From the NCBI GenBank assembly GCA_965655095.1, contig OZ296656.1, positions 74,400,001 through 74,464,000 of the forward strand: a stretch of DNA of 64,000 bases. Reading direction: 5' to 3'. Positions within the stretch are counted from its first letter, which is position 1. The number at the start of each line of letters is the position of its first letter. Positions 52,290-64,000 of the stretch are shown one piece after another. Made by a program: the position numbers and the translations under genes. A model generated the notes under the pieces. The model saw only the letters and a list, made by a program, of their open reading frames with translations, made no database searches and had not been told where the DNA came from. The stretch comes from Haplodiscus bocki (lineage: Eukaryota).

Positions 52290-53400
52290 GTGAGAAGAAT
52301 CCTCAGAAGCTCCAATCAATGAGTAGCTCAATCAGCAGCGAATGGACCCAGTCTGACCTGTACAAATTGGAGAACATTCCCAATGACTATCGCTGGTGAA
52401 GCCTCCTTGATATTTTGAAGTAAAACGTATTGCGAAAGAGTCCAAACTAGACTATCTCATTTACTCCTTCAAAACTCCTCGCACGGAGTAGTTGAATCAG
52501 CGCCCGAAGGGCCCTTTCCAAACAGTAGTTGTCAGGAAAAAATCGGACGAACGACACTAATAGATACAGTTTTGATGCTTCAAAGACAAATTTAGATAGT
52601 AAAGGTGCAAACTAGGCCATCGCCACTACTGTTTGAAGACTGCTGCTACCAAGTGATTGAATAAACTCTGGATGAACCCAATCTGACCAATCATCGCTGA
52701 GAAAAAGTTTCAACGCGCAGCTCAAGCAAAATCGTCTTTGATTCTACGAAAAATCAAAGGGCAGAGAAACTTCCGGAAGCGGCTAGTTGAATCAATGACG
52801 CCGTATGGGCCCAATTTGACCACTAATCATTGTAGGAAACACTTTTAACGACCGACGCAAAAATAGACATCTTTGATTTTCAACTAGAAAAACAAGAAAG
52901 TACCTCCATGATTTTTCAAACTCGCGTCTAGGTCTTTCGCATTGAAAGTTGAAAAAGATTATCCCATGTCCTCAGAAGCTTCAGGTAACGAGTAGTTCAA
53001 ACATCTTTGGATGAAATCAATCTGGTTAGTATAGAAAAATGAAAACAATTTTCAAGAATACGGCTCCAAAAAACTTCGGTTTCCTTTAATACAAGATACA
53101 AGATAACATATTTTGTAAATGTCGGGAAAAGAACGTCCCAGCTGCTCGTTAGAAGCTCCAGATAACGAGGTAGTTGAATCGGCACTGGGTGGACCCGATT
53201 CGATCAGTACTTGTCAAGAAAACGAATTTTACCGGAAATCGCAGTAAAAACATCCTTAATCTATCGAGTACAAGTTACATTGTTCTTGCAATGAAAGCTC
53301 AGAACAAACCACTCTGGCCACTCCTCAGAAAATCCAGGCAGTTAATTGTCGTTTCTCAATGGTCATTGAGAAAACGGTTTTAACGATTAATGCAAGTAAA
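52290..53400 (+). repeat. Old, highly diverged tandem repeat with a ~170-180 bp period
   Basis: The motif cctcagaagctcca...gagtagttgaatca...ggaccc recurs near 52300, 52470, 52650, 52780, 52970, 53150 and 53325. Confidence 0.65.
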
Positions 53401-54220
53401 AACATCATCAATTTTTCGATCACAATCAAAGATTTTTTGCAGAAGAATCATGAAAAATGCCGTTCCTTAAGCATGTTTATATTGTACGTCAACAACGTTT
53501 CTTTTCAATTCATCAAGAAATGCAGCTGTCAGGTTTCTTTTTACTAGTGATGTCTTTAATTTAGCCTGAGTTAATGACGTGGTCACTTGAGCAAACGCTT
53601 CTGGGGTCTAAGGTTGCCGATTGGAGCCCTACAAGAAAGGAAAAATTCTTGGAATAGAGTCTCGGAAAAATCTCGGGTTTAAACGACAAAAAAAGTTAGA
53701 TCTGTCTAGTCGACCGTAATAGACTTGCTTCGCTACGCTACACATGTCTAAGGATCGGTAGCTGATGTGGAAAATGCATTTGCTGGTCAAATCGCTGTAA
53801 ATGGGTATCATACTTGAAGGTTCTTGAGAGGTAAACATTGCCAAACCGCCAAATACAAACTGGAAACGGTTCTAAACGGAGCGGTATTTTATTTAAAAGC
53901 AGTTAGCGCTAGAGGAGTGGCCTATCGAATCTGCCAGTACACGCGACTCGAAAAAAACACGCCAATAATGGTGCTTTTTTATAGGCCCGATTAAAAATGA
54001 GCAGACCACCAACTATGAGGAAATGTCGAAACCGTCATTCTTCTTGAACTTTGTAGCCTGTAATATTTCTGGGCGTCAATGTGTAGTCTTTATTGAAAGG
54101 GGGAGTTTTCTCATTTCTACCGGAAGACCACGAGCGTGAACAGTCGGCTTTCAGATTTTTTTGAGAAATACTGGGTGGTAACGGCCAAACAGTTCCAAAT
54201 GAATTTTTTTTGTGTTTCAG

Positions 54221-54275
54221 AGTCGTCACAGCGGAAAAAGAGCTTTTACATCAATCCAACGCCGAGAGACTTAAG
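54221..54275 (+). CDS. Short exon (VVTAEKELLHQSNAERLK), absent from the ORF track
   Basis: tttttgtgtttcag acceptor, gtgagc donor, 55 nt, phase 2/0; it exactly bridges the phases of the flanking exons. Confidence 0.8.
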
Positions 54276-54476
54276 GTGAGCTGTCAATAACAGTAACCCA
54301 CACTTTATTTATCTCGAAATTCGTTTTTTCTTACCTCGAAAACAAGGCTCTGATCTTGGTTTTCTGTATGTCTTGTCGATATCGCTGAAAATATGGAGAA
54401 CTAAGCGTTTCTTAGCGAAATATCTTACCAAATTTTTGCCAGGAAATCTCCACTTCCAAGAAACACAAGCGGATCT

Positions 54477-54654
54477 AGAAAATTTTCAATGGGATGTCTA
54501 CTTTCAAATAGGGGGCTCAGCAAGGGAAAATTCACAAATTGCATGATTTTACGCATTTTGCAGATAGAAAATTTTCAATGGGATGTCTACTTTCAAATAG
54601 GGGGCTCAGCAAGGGAAAATTCACAAAATTACATGATTTTAGGCATTTTGCAGA
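54477..54654 (+). repeat. 88-bp tandem duplication
   Basis: tagaaaattttcaatgggatgtctac...cattttgcaga occurs twice, nearly identical. Confidence 0.95.
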
Positions 54655-55216
54655 TGACTTTGTCCTAATTTTTTTCAATGGGAGCTGGGAGAGGAGCCTT
54701 ACGCCTCTTCGCTCTCCCCCTGAATCTGCTCTTTCCAAGGACCATTAAATAATATGGACATGACCAATGAGGTTCCAAGCAATGGGTGTAAATTTCATTC
54801 AGGAATGCAATTTTGGATTCAAAATATCCCGTTTTTGTTGAACCGTTTTTGTCAGAATTTTGTGCTCTCGAAACAGCTTTCAGTTTTAACCGAATGGATG
54901 GTAAATAGGTTTCACCGGAATATCTACAAAACAATTTGTCAAGCCCTTCTTAGTTTTACCAATTGTTCCAAAATTGTTTAAAAAAACCTCAGCAGGTCTA
55001 TGAGAAAATTTTGGGATATTAATACCATATTTCTTCTGACAAAAAATTGTGGTTCCCTTCCCCCTGAGCAACGTTCCTTTCAGTTGGAAGCTTAATTAAT
55101 TTTCCGTATGGCGCGAAGATATCTTCTCGGAAAGCAAGTCCAGGAGTCAGCTAAGTATCTTTCGAACAATGTGTGGGGAAATAAAACGAGACTTAAATAT
55201 CTCATTTTATTTCTAG

Positions 55217-55396
55217 TTGCAATCTGAAGTGAAACAACAGCAAGAGTCTATGAATGAGATGTACCAGACCTCTGTAGACTACAAACGAGATATTGCTCTG
55301 GCCGAGGCAAGACTCAAGGCCAATGAGGACGCTCGCAGAGGCAACGAAACTGAAAAGGAAGACCTGAAAAACAAAATAGAGAAGCTCAGACAGCAG
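55217..55396 (+). CDS. Exon, coiled coil (LQSEVKQQQ...KLRQQ); the gene continues downstream
   Basis: tttctag acceptor, gtttgg donor, 180 nt, phase 0/0. No stop is reached and no further exon was identified in the window. Confidence 0.87.
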
Positions 55397-56399
55397 GTTT
55401 GGCCTCATGTTTGTGTCTTTTTTAGCGTTTCATGGGTTAATCTACAAAATTCAGGGCTGGATTTTTTGCCTTGCGGAAATCCTTCTTCGATTTTGCGATT
55501 CGTTGGCAACATTGTACTAAGAAGTCGGAAGCTCCCGATTTTCATGAATTTCTTAGGAAAAGCATAGCTTGCCAAGGAGGAATCATGAGAATTCAAATTT
55601 TTGATACTTCCTACATGACATGCACGTAAGTAGAAAAATGAAAGTCTTGATTCATATTTTTTGTTGCCGATTAATTTTCTGGCCATTTATTTTGATATTC
55701 TTTTAACCTGCAAAGTTTAACATTTTTTCCCGATTCTGTCAACTTTATCTACTTCATATAATCCATTCCAAAAATGAAACCCTCACAGTTCTCAGTAAAA
55801 TTACTTGTTTTCAAGGAATGCGCGCAAAAAGCTGGAAATTGATACGGACACTTTGAAGGCTGTACTGAAACTTGGAATATTATTGTTTGTGAACGCCATT
55901 TTTGTGCAAATGAAAAAATAATCTTGAGAAATTGACCTTCTTTCAGAAATTCATCCTATGGTCTGGAGATTTATATTTGAATAGTTAGATTCAATCAAAT
56001 TGTGGAGAATTCATCAAATTTTTAAAAATCAAAATCGGTAGTAGTTGAGTTGTTCAGCTGCAATGAAATGCTTTTCTTTGTCCAGTTTTTTGTTTGTCCC
56101 TATTCTACTGAAACTTGAGACTTGAACTTGAAACATAATCAAGTGTCTCAATGTCTCAAGAACGTTCTTCTCTCCTATGAGACAAAAAGGCATATGATAG
56201 TCTCTAGCCCCTTCTCATCATCAGTAACAAGTAATGGATCAGATTCAGTGCAGAAAACTTCCGCACGATCATGCGAAGGGGGCGGGGCCAAAGTTTCAGG
56301 CATTTCATGTGATTTCGGAAATTTGTTCTTCTCGAGGCCGGGCATTCTAGGATTGTTGGATCATATTAACTAGTGGAAGTTAGGATTTCGGTTACAAGC

Positions 56400-57700
56400 G
56401 GTATTTGGAAACTATCATCCAGAAACTGAATATATTGATCAGCACGCTGGATCAATAAAAAAACTTCCACATAAATAGATACAGAGGCCGGAAGCATACA
56501 TCTGCGCAGTGGTGGAGTAGCGTTTTCTATTGCCGCTAAATGTCTCGAATGCGATGCTTTGAAACTAAACACCGGATACTTGACGGAACGTTTCAGATGC
56601 GGAAATATTCTTATTCTCGGCAGATCATGCATTAAAGCCCCTCTCCGCAGTTGCATTGCGTAAAGTCGATTTTTTCGGGAGTGCTGTAGTTACATCGAGG
56701 CCACGGTGATGTCCACATCTCCAAATTGGAAATAGGACGTCTACTGGTTGACGGTTTTTGTACGAAATGTGGGACGGCTCTCGTTTTCCTGACCATTTGG
56801 CCGTTTTACATATTTTCAAGAAGAGATCTCGTTGTCGCCCTATATTTTGTCTCCAGATCACAAGCACGTCCGTGGAGTGGTCACCAAACCTGTCTGACAG
56901 GGTTGTAAAGCATCAGGGGCAAGTACAGGGGGATGAAAACTCGAATACTCTCTGTTGTGTGCAGAAGGAAACTGTAAATCTTTGACGGGACATTTCAATT
57001 CTGCTTGTGGTATATGGCCGCGCATGGCAAAGTCTTGGAGATCATGTTAGTTTTGCTTGCTGAGTTCAAATGGAACAAAGTTCTCTGCTGTTAATTATGG
57101 TCATTTTTTGAATTTTCAATTGGAGATATTTGTCTTCCACGGAAAGGTTGTCTAGAAAATCTCGTCTACTTGTTGCTTGAGATTCAAAAGTATAACAGAA
57201 TTGCTTGATTTCTCTGAAGCTATAGCGATTCTGTAAAAGTGGTTCACAAAGTGCAGTTTCAATTCTAGCGGCCATATAAGCGGTTTGTTGAGATTTAACA
57301 GCCATCTGCTATTGATGATTTTTGAGGGGCGTCCAATTGTTCTGTCCAAAAAAAATCTGGAAAGATTCATCCAAAGTCTGGAATGCTTTTTGAAGAAAGT
57401 GTTGACGTTGTTCTTAGCAAGCGATTTTTAGGAAAATTGGAAGAAATCCGTCTTAAATGGTTCAGTGTTCGCACGTGGCTTGTAGGACCCTGGTGCAGGC
57501 ACAGGCCACTGCGTAGCGTTAAGTCGGTTAGTTAGTAGACCTAAGCATCCAAGAGAATAAACTCTCTGGCTTCTACGGTATTACCTACCCAGGGGACACC
57601 GCGGGGAAGCTGAGATTAATTTGTGACCTCCTCAACTGTAAACTGAATGCCTTTGAAATGTGGTGTTGCAACAAAATGCAACGTCTAAGACGGTGCTAGA
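56400..57700 (-). mobile_element. Decayed non-LTR retrotransposon fragment with zinc-finger and restriction-like endonuclease region (CRE/RLE-type)
   Basis: One minus frame at 56930-56520 reads CTCP*CFTTLSDRFGDH...RQRD...REP...RQPVDVLFPIWRCGHHRGLDVT...AE.K...G.*FQSIAFETFSG. This matches the CxxC..DxxGDH / RPADxxxPxWxxG..DVT / FxPxAxETxG pattern of RLE elements. There are multiple stops and the boundaries are approximate. Confidence 0.7.
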
Positions 57701-58785
57701 AAAACTGGAATAATGATGTCTTTAAGCTGTTTAATACCCTGAGATTCCTTCTGAATAGTGAAGGCACCAGATAACTAAGTTTTTTGAGACACGTCATACG
57801 TGAACAATGATTGGAAACCTTGTTGGGGAGATAGAATGACAACTTGCAGGACCCAGACAACGAGAAGCTTAAATTTCGCCATTTTGAGGGAATACTAACA
57901 GATACATACCCCTGACCGACTACATAGAAAATATATACCGCTTCACTGCCAGAAAAGTTTGGCCAATATGTTGCCACACCCTTTTCGTATACCAAAACTT
58001 TTTGAAAAACCATTAAGTTTCAAAGCTGTGCCTTAAAAATAATGAATCATACGAGCGACGGTGACTTGGGCTGTTCCCGATTTTTCATTTCTAACTTTCT
58101 CGCAAGAGAACTACTGTAGAATAATTTTTTTTGAAAAATTAAGCAAATACATACAAATGAAGTTATAGTGGAAGAACTTGATAGGATAGACAACAATTCT
58201 AAATGTAATATCTTGTATGTTTCTTTGAACAGAGCTCCAATTTTATCTGTAGCTTCATAGGATCAATTAAATGTTGTTCATTGGTATGAATGACGTCAAT
58301 TCATGACCCTGATTAAATTAATCCCACATACTGAGAAACTTCGGTGGATATTTAAAAAAATATCCAAAAATAAATATTTGAACTCAAATTTTCGAACAAG
58401 TTCTGGAAAACTAATTAAAGCTCATTAGAACGAACACAACTTGGATTTCCATTAATGTGAGCTAAGATCTGTTGACCTATCTCCCTTCTCCTTCTACAAA
58501 TGAATTTTAATTCCTTCAACAAAAACTTTTATTTGATTAAAAAAGAAAAAAAATAATGGCTTCTCAATGCAGTAACAAGAGTAATGCTGTTTCTATTTGG
58601 GTAATCTGTTTCCAACCTCGGGTTTTGTTGGTTCGAGTGTTTCAAATTATGCCATTCGACAGAACTGAACTTTCTTCCAACTAGAAACGTTTTTTTTTCA
58701 AGTTGTCAGCAAGTAGCAGAAGTGTATTTATCAGCTATTTTAGATTTAGAATTGCAAAAATGGAACATTCACGAGGTTGTGGAGT

Positions 58786-59594
58786 CCCTAATTGACAGAA
58801 AATTTATTTCTTGCAAGATATTGCAAGTTGAGAAAATCTTGCAAGAATCTTCCAAAAAATTTCAGTTCTTGCAAGATTCTTGGATGCAATGGCATTCTTG
58901 CACGATTCTTGCTAGAAACTGTGCTCTATCACAAGAAGGAAAATCTGGCAAGATTCTTGTGATAGAGCACAGTTTCTTGTAAGAATCTTTGCAAGATTTT
59001 CCTAACTTGCAAGAATCTTGCAATAAATAAATTTTCTGTGTACACATTATGTTTTGATAATTTATGCTTTTCACCAAAAAGCAGGCATAACCTACCATTA
59101 GAGGTAAAATTTGATGAACATTACACCTGTTGAACGTATTTTGTAATCGAATGTTTAAAAGCAACAGGGATAAGGAATTTTCTTTCTGGAATCAGATGTT
59201 TTGTAATGGCCTAATTTGTCTGGAAAGAAATACAAAATGAAACAATATTTGTGCGAAGTTACGTATCTCGTCCTTTTGGATAACATTAATTTTGTCGTTT
59301 TCTGAACCGGCGCGAAACGCGTGGTTCTGAAGCGACTGTTGGATTCCTAGTACATTTTTGTAGTGGAAAAGACAGAATTTACAAAAGTTTCTCATACGTT
59401 TTGCGATAAAAAGAACATTGAGAGCTTTAAGGTTTAGTCTGCAAGAATCTTGTAAGAAACCGTAAAATCTAGAAAAAAACTTGTGAGAATAAAGCGATTC
59501 TTGCAAGATTCTTGAAAGATGTCTGCAAGAATAATGCCTTGTCTTGCAAGATCTTGTACGATTCTTGCAAGAAGTGCTATCTTTGAAGTCAAGG
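58786..59594. mobile_element. CTTGCAAG-rich MITE, longer copy
   Basis: The ends ccctaattgacagaaaattta and gaagtgctatctttgaagtcaagg match the 63685-63856 ends in the opposite orientation; there are subterminal arrays of the palindrome (T)CTTGCAAG(A). Confidence 0.8.
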
Positions 59595-60371
59595 AGTATA
59601 ACTTGATTCAAGAGTTCAAAAGTGGTATGTTCGTTCCCTAGCCACGTGAGGTAAATGATGGTTGAAAATTTGTCCGGTTAAACTTGACACTTCAACAAGT
59701 ATCCTTCAAGTTTAATGTTATTCGACGATCGTTGTTGCCCATTGTTTCTCTGGCAAAACATCATGAAGCTCAATCCAAAACTCAAACTAATGAGAATATA
59801 CGGATGTTTCGGCAATATTCAGGAAAATTAGTAACAATTTTGACAAAACTCAAAATTTAATGGAGCCAATGACCCTCTGAACACTTGTTACTAGTCTGCA
59901 TTCTCTGAAGGCACCTGTCTCAGGGGTTCTTCTGAGGAGCATTGTTAATTATTATTATCCACCTGTATGGAAAGAAAATCATTCGTTCAACATTTATGTT
60001 TTTTTTAACATAAAATCTGCCAATTACAAGATCTTCTCATGGTGCACTGTCACTGTGAATAGCATGACGTCATCCAGAACTTGATTCTGATTGGACTCGA
60101 AAAAAGCGCAGGAAAGCTATTGGTATAACTAGTGTGACGTCATCAAATGATCGATTCTGATTGGACGAGACATGAAAGTGCTGGAAAACGTCAGCCAATA
60201 TGAACCACTCGCGCTTGTGAGTTACGGTGGAACTGCAAAGGTTATTTCGAATCTTGTGAAGAATGAACATTTTTGTCTGATTAGAACGGGCGCAAAATAT
60301 CCCAGAGGTAGCTGCGCATCTGGTCCCAGTTGTAGTACTGGCTACATCGGACAAACTTAACCAGGGCATAA

Positions 60372-61164
60372 CCCGGGTTGGAAAAACACGGCTGCCATGC
60401 CATGATCTTGCCATGATCATGGCGAAACATGGTCATGATCATGCCATGATGACCTCATGGCGGCCATGTTTCTTGGCATGGTCGTCATGATTCATAGCAT
60501 GATCATGGTATGATTACCATGTTTTCCATGATTCATACCATGATCATGGTATGATCATCATGTTTTCCATGTTTTTTTTTGAAAAATGGATTGTTTTTTC
60601 AATGTTTTCTCAAATAGTTGCTGCCTTGTACCATTATATGGCACAATTGACTGGCTTTATAGGAATTTACGCGTCCAAATTGACGAGTCAACAAAATTAA
60701 ACGAAGATTACTCCAGAAAGACTTCGAGTTTTCTTCAGTGATAACCAAACAGCAAGTTCTTATTAAACAACAGTTTCAGTAAAACATACATATTACAGCT
60801 TTGTGTTATTTTTGGTAATCTCGAATTTTTGGGAGAAAGATCCATATTATTAAACGTCTTTCGGGTAGTTTCTGATGAGTTCGTTCAATATATTCCATAT
60901 TAAAAAGTAACGTACTACCTACCACCTGCTTACTAATTAACAAAGTTGGTTGAATAATTAGCGTCCTGACTACGTTATAACAATGACCATGGTCACCATG
61001 GCATGATCATGCTACTTTCCATGACGGCCATGCTGTGATCATGCTATATTTCATGATGACGATGACATGATCTCACCATGATCATACCATGGCGAGTATG
61101 AATCACCATGATCATACCATGTCATAGCATGATCGACATGTTTGACGATGGCTGTCAACCCGGG
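60372..61164. mobile_element. CATGATCATG-rich MITE
   Basis: TIRs CCCGGGTTG / CAACCCGGG enclose subterminal CATG-palindrome arrays at both ends and a non-coding core. Confidence 0.85.
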
Positions 61165-63684
61165 CATATATCACAGGCTTTCTTGAGCACTACCGCATAG
61201 GTGCTCCAGTATAGCAACATTTCATAGCATACGATATCAACGCCTTATCACTAATGCTCGGAATGAGCATCACCAGAAAGAACTCCTGGTGCTCTTCTGG
61301 CGTTTCATTTCACACTCCATGATTGTGCGAGGTTCTCTTAAATGTTTTTTAAAACCCTAAGTAGTAATATTTTGATCACTGATAATCCTTTATTGCTTCT
61401 ACATCGGTATCTTTTTGTTGTTTTTTTTTAATCTTAGTATCGAAATCGACACGACACAAGATGTCAGATTAAACATTATCATTTGTGTTTTTTATTTTTC
61501 CCGAAAATTTTCATTTTGGTGTTTACTTTCGGCATTATAACTAAACAGAAACAAACCAAGAATGGCAATAGTGGGCTGTGCCCATAAGGCTCGAAATACT
61601 TATAGGACGGAGTTGGTTTTGATGTTTGAAAAAAAATACTTTGGTATATTTTGCGGATAAAATGTAAGAAAACATAGCTGATGTTCAGATTCAAACCCCT
61701 ACCTGTCGTTTCAGTATTTTTTTAAGGTAGGAGGGGGGTATCACGGAAATAGCTGGGACTAGAGATCCAATTTTTTTTTGAAAAAAGGTAGATTTTCGTA
61801 TACTTTCCGGGGGTGGGGAGTTCACCAGCAGTTGTAACGCTCAACAGTGAGCGGGAAGGGGAGTAGCTCGAGAAAATGCAACTATGTCCGAATTGGAACA
61901 GTTCGATGTGGTTCTGTCATCTTACGAATAAAAAGTTTCTACTATAGTCGGCCTCTCTGCTAAAAGTAAAGCGTCGACTAAAAGTGGATCTGCTTCTTCT
62001 TTTTGTTGACTGAGAGAGTTTTCACTTGGATTTCGATTCAAAATTCCCCCAGTGAGCAAAAACATGAATGCGGTACCATTTTTATGAAAGAATTCAGAAA
62101 CCTCTAAGGAGCTCTCTTGTTGGGCACATTTGTATTTTTTCGATTAAGACGCACTGCTTGCAATTAATTTCGGTTCAATTTAGTCTTGAATGGAGAAAAA
62201 CGGGAATTTTCAAAATTAACCTAATTACATGCCTAGGTTTGTCTGATTTTTTTTTGTGGAAGCAACAATACTGTTTCCTGAGAATGGACTGAAAATGGTA
62301 CTCGCTGTGTTAATTATTTGGCAAACATTTTTTTTTCGTTTTACTTGAATGAATTGAGGAAAATGTCTTTTACTATCAGTTTTGAGCTCACTTTGCTCAG
62401 GCATTTTGCGCAACAATTGCGGACCCGAGGCTCTTGTAAGACTTCAACGCTGGAGAATTGCAACTTGAATAAATCGACTATTAATTTTTAATTGGCCTTG
62501 TTTTTTTTTCATTTGAAATCAGGCCTGTTGTCCGGTAAAATGATACCCGGTTTGCAGGCATGCCATAAAATCTCGCTAAATTTCATCAAATTTCACACGA
62601 TTTTTCAAAAAAATATATTGATTTCTTTCAAATAAAATTGACCAATTTTGTGTCACCGGAGACCTTTTTTTGCAAGTAGCCAAAGATGAAAATGTGAACA
62701 AGCAAATTTTTCTTTGCTGACATTTTCGATAACTGGTTCCACCTGAAGCCTCAAAAAGTTGCATTTTCCCGCTCAAATATTTCTAACTAGACATCTGATA
62801 ATGAAAACAAAAGCATAAAATATGTGAAATACTCGTAATTTTACTCTTTTCTGTTGTTTTTCACACTGAGTTCGTTAATTTTGGGAGATAACAGTTATGC
62901 TTAAATTTGGGATAAATAAATTCTTTCTTTCTTTCTTCCTTATTTTCACGCGGTGACACGAGCTCTCTGAATTGACCGAAATTAACGCTAATTTCACGGC
63001 GTGATTTTATAATATGCTGGCCAATTTGTCTATTCGTAATTCTCCATATTTCTTAATAGTGAATTTTTCTTCCACATTCTAAGGTATCCCGTATTTCCAG
63101 TTTTTGAAACGTAAAAGCTAAACAAATAGAAATCAAAGAGAACTACAGTAGATAATTTTAACCTTGGTTCACAATTATTTCTCTTAAAATGCTACAAATA
63201 CATGGGAGCAATAATAATGCCAATTTTGAAGGATTGTTGGAGAAACAAAGAACCGATCTCTTTCCTAACGATGTCGCAGCAACCGAATTTTTTATATATA
63301 TCTTGGCAGCAAAAAACTCGTATTTCAAGATGAGAATTAATTTCTTCAAATTGAGACTTAGCCATACAAAATAGTTAAATCAACAAAGATGTATAAGTTT
63401 ATAAAACCATGTATCTACATTTTGGACCAATTTTACAAAACTTTATGACTACAAAATTTACTTCAGTCAGTGGAAATTTTGAAAAAAAAGTAGTTATCAC
63501 AGATATTCGCGATATCTTCATGCCGGTACCATTTTTTACAAAGCGTATGTACCAAAAATTTTGTAACACTTTAGTCAACGTGCCAAAGTCTTTGGTTACG
63601 GGATGCACCAAAATATGTGATACCCCCATGCATCTTTCAACTCCCGGGGGTGGCGCCGGATTGGGCTGTGCCACTTTGCTATTT

Positions 63685-63856
63685 CCCTAGACTAAAAAGT
63701 TAGCACTTCTTGCAAGAATCTTACAAGAAGCCTTGCAAGATCTTGCCTGACAATGCATTATTCTTAAAGACATCTTTCAAGAATCTTGCAAGAATTGAAC
63801 TTTTTTGTAAGAATCTTGCAAGATCTTGCAAGAACTAAATTTTCTGTCAACTAGGG
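63685..63856. mobile_element. CTTGCAAG-rich MITE, internally deleted short copy
   Basis: Termini are CCCTAG...CTAGGG, and both halves align to the ends of 58786-59594. Confidence 0.85.
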
Positions 63857-64000
63857 TTGCCGCCCATATTTATAGTATGGAAGGAAAGTTCACTGAACGC
63901 GTGCGTTTGTTTAACGTTTCCTTGCGAATTGAAAATGCCCAATTGTCCAGACGATTCTGAATTTGATTTTTAATCACCAAATTATAGCAATTTTGCCGTA
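63857..64000. repeat. Dispersed repeat, same family as 37880-38035 (inverted)
   Basis: ccgcccata...tatggaaggaaa...ccaaattatagcaattttgccgta is the reverse complement of 37885-38030. Confidence 0.75.

Noticed and set aside
57696-63690. Short ORFs in the right-hand 6 kb as genes or further exons
   Set aside because: They overlap MITEs or AT-rich repeats, lack coiled-coil character or recognisable domains, and have no convincing splice-site pairs.

Overview
AT-rich eukaryotic (probably animal) genomic DNA with two very different halves; the species cannot be determined from the sequence. (1) Bases 1 to ~36,900 are a single tandem array of about 38 units of ~956-964 bp, running off the left end of the window. 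Each unit is a trimer of three diverged ~313-323 bp monomers (A, B, C), and each monomer carries a ~73-nt minus-strand sequence derived from an elongator tRNA-Met(CAT) gene. The A copies are recognisable cloverleaves; the B and C copies are decayed. The array is therefore a tRNA-Met-derived higher-order-repeat satellite. It has subfamily domains, nested 2-unit and 6-unit duplications, conversion-like patches and a decaying right edge. All ORFs there are repeat artefacts. (2) Bases ~37,000-64,000 hold a plus-strand multi-exon gene for a long coiled-coil protein (7 phase-compatible exons, 39,250-55,396, incomplete) with repeat-filled introns. The most notable insertion is a truncated LTR-type element nested in a MITE: a 2.85-kb TGTCGC...GCGACA LTR plus an intronless coiled-coil + TRAF-C/MATH ORF with two premature stops. 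Also present are a decayed RLE-class (CRE-like) non-LTR retrotransposon, palindrome-built MITEs and an old ~175-bp tandem repeat. All calls come from manual reading; no database searches were run.
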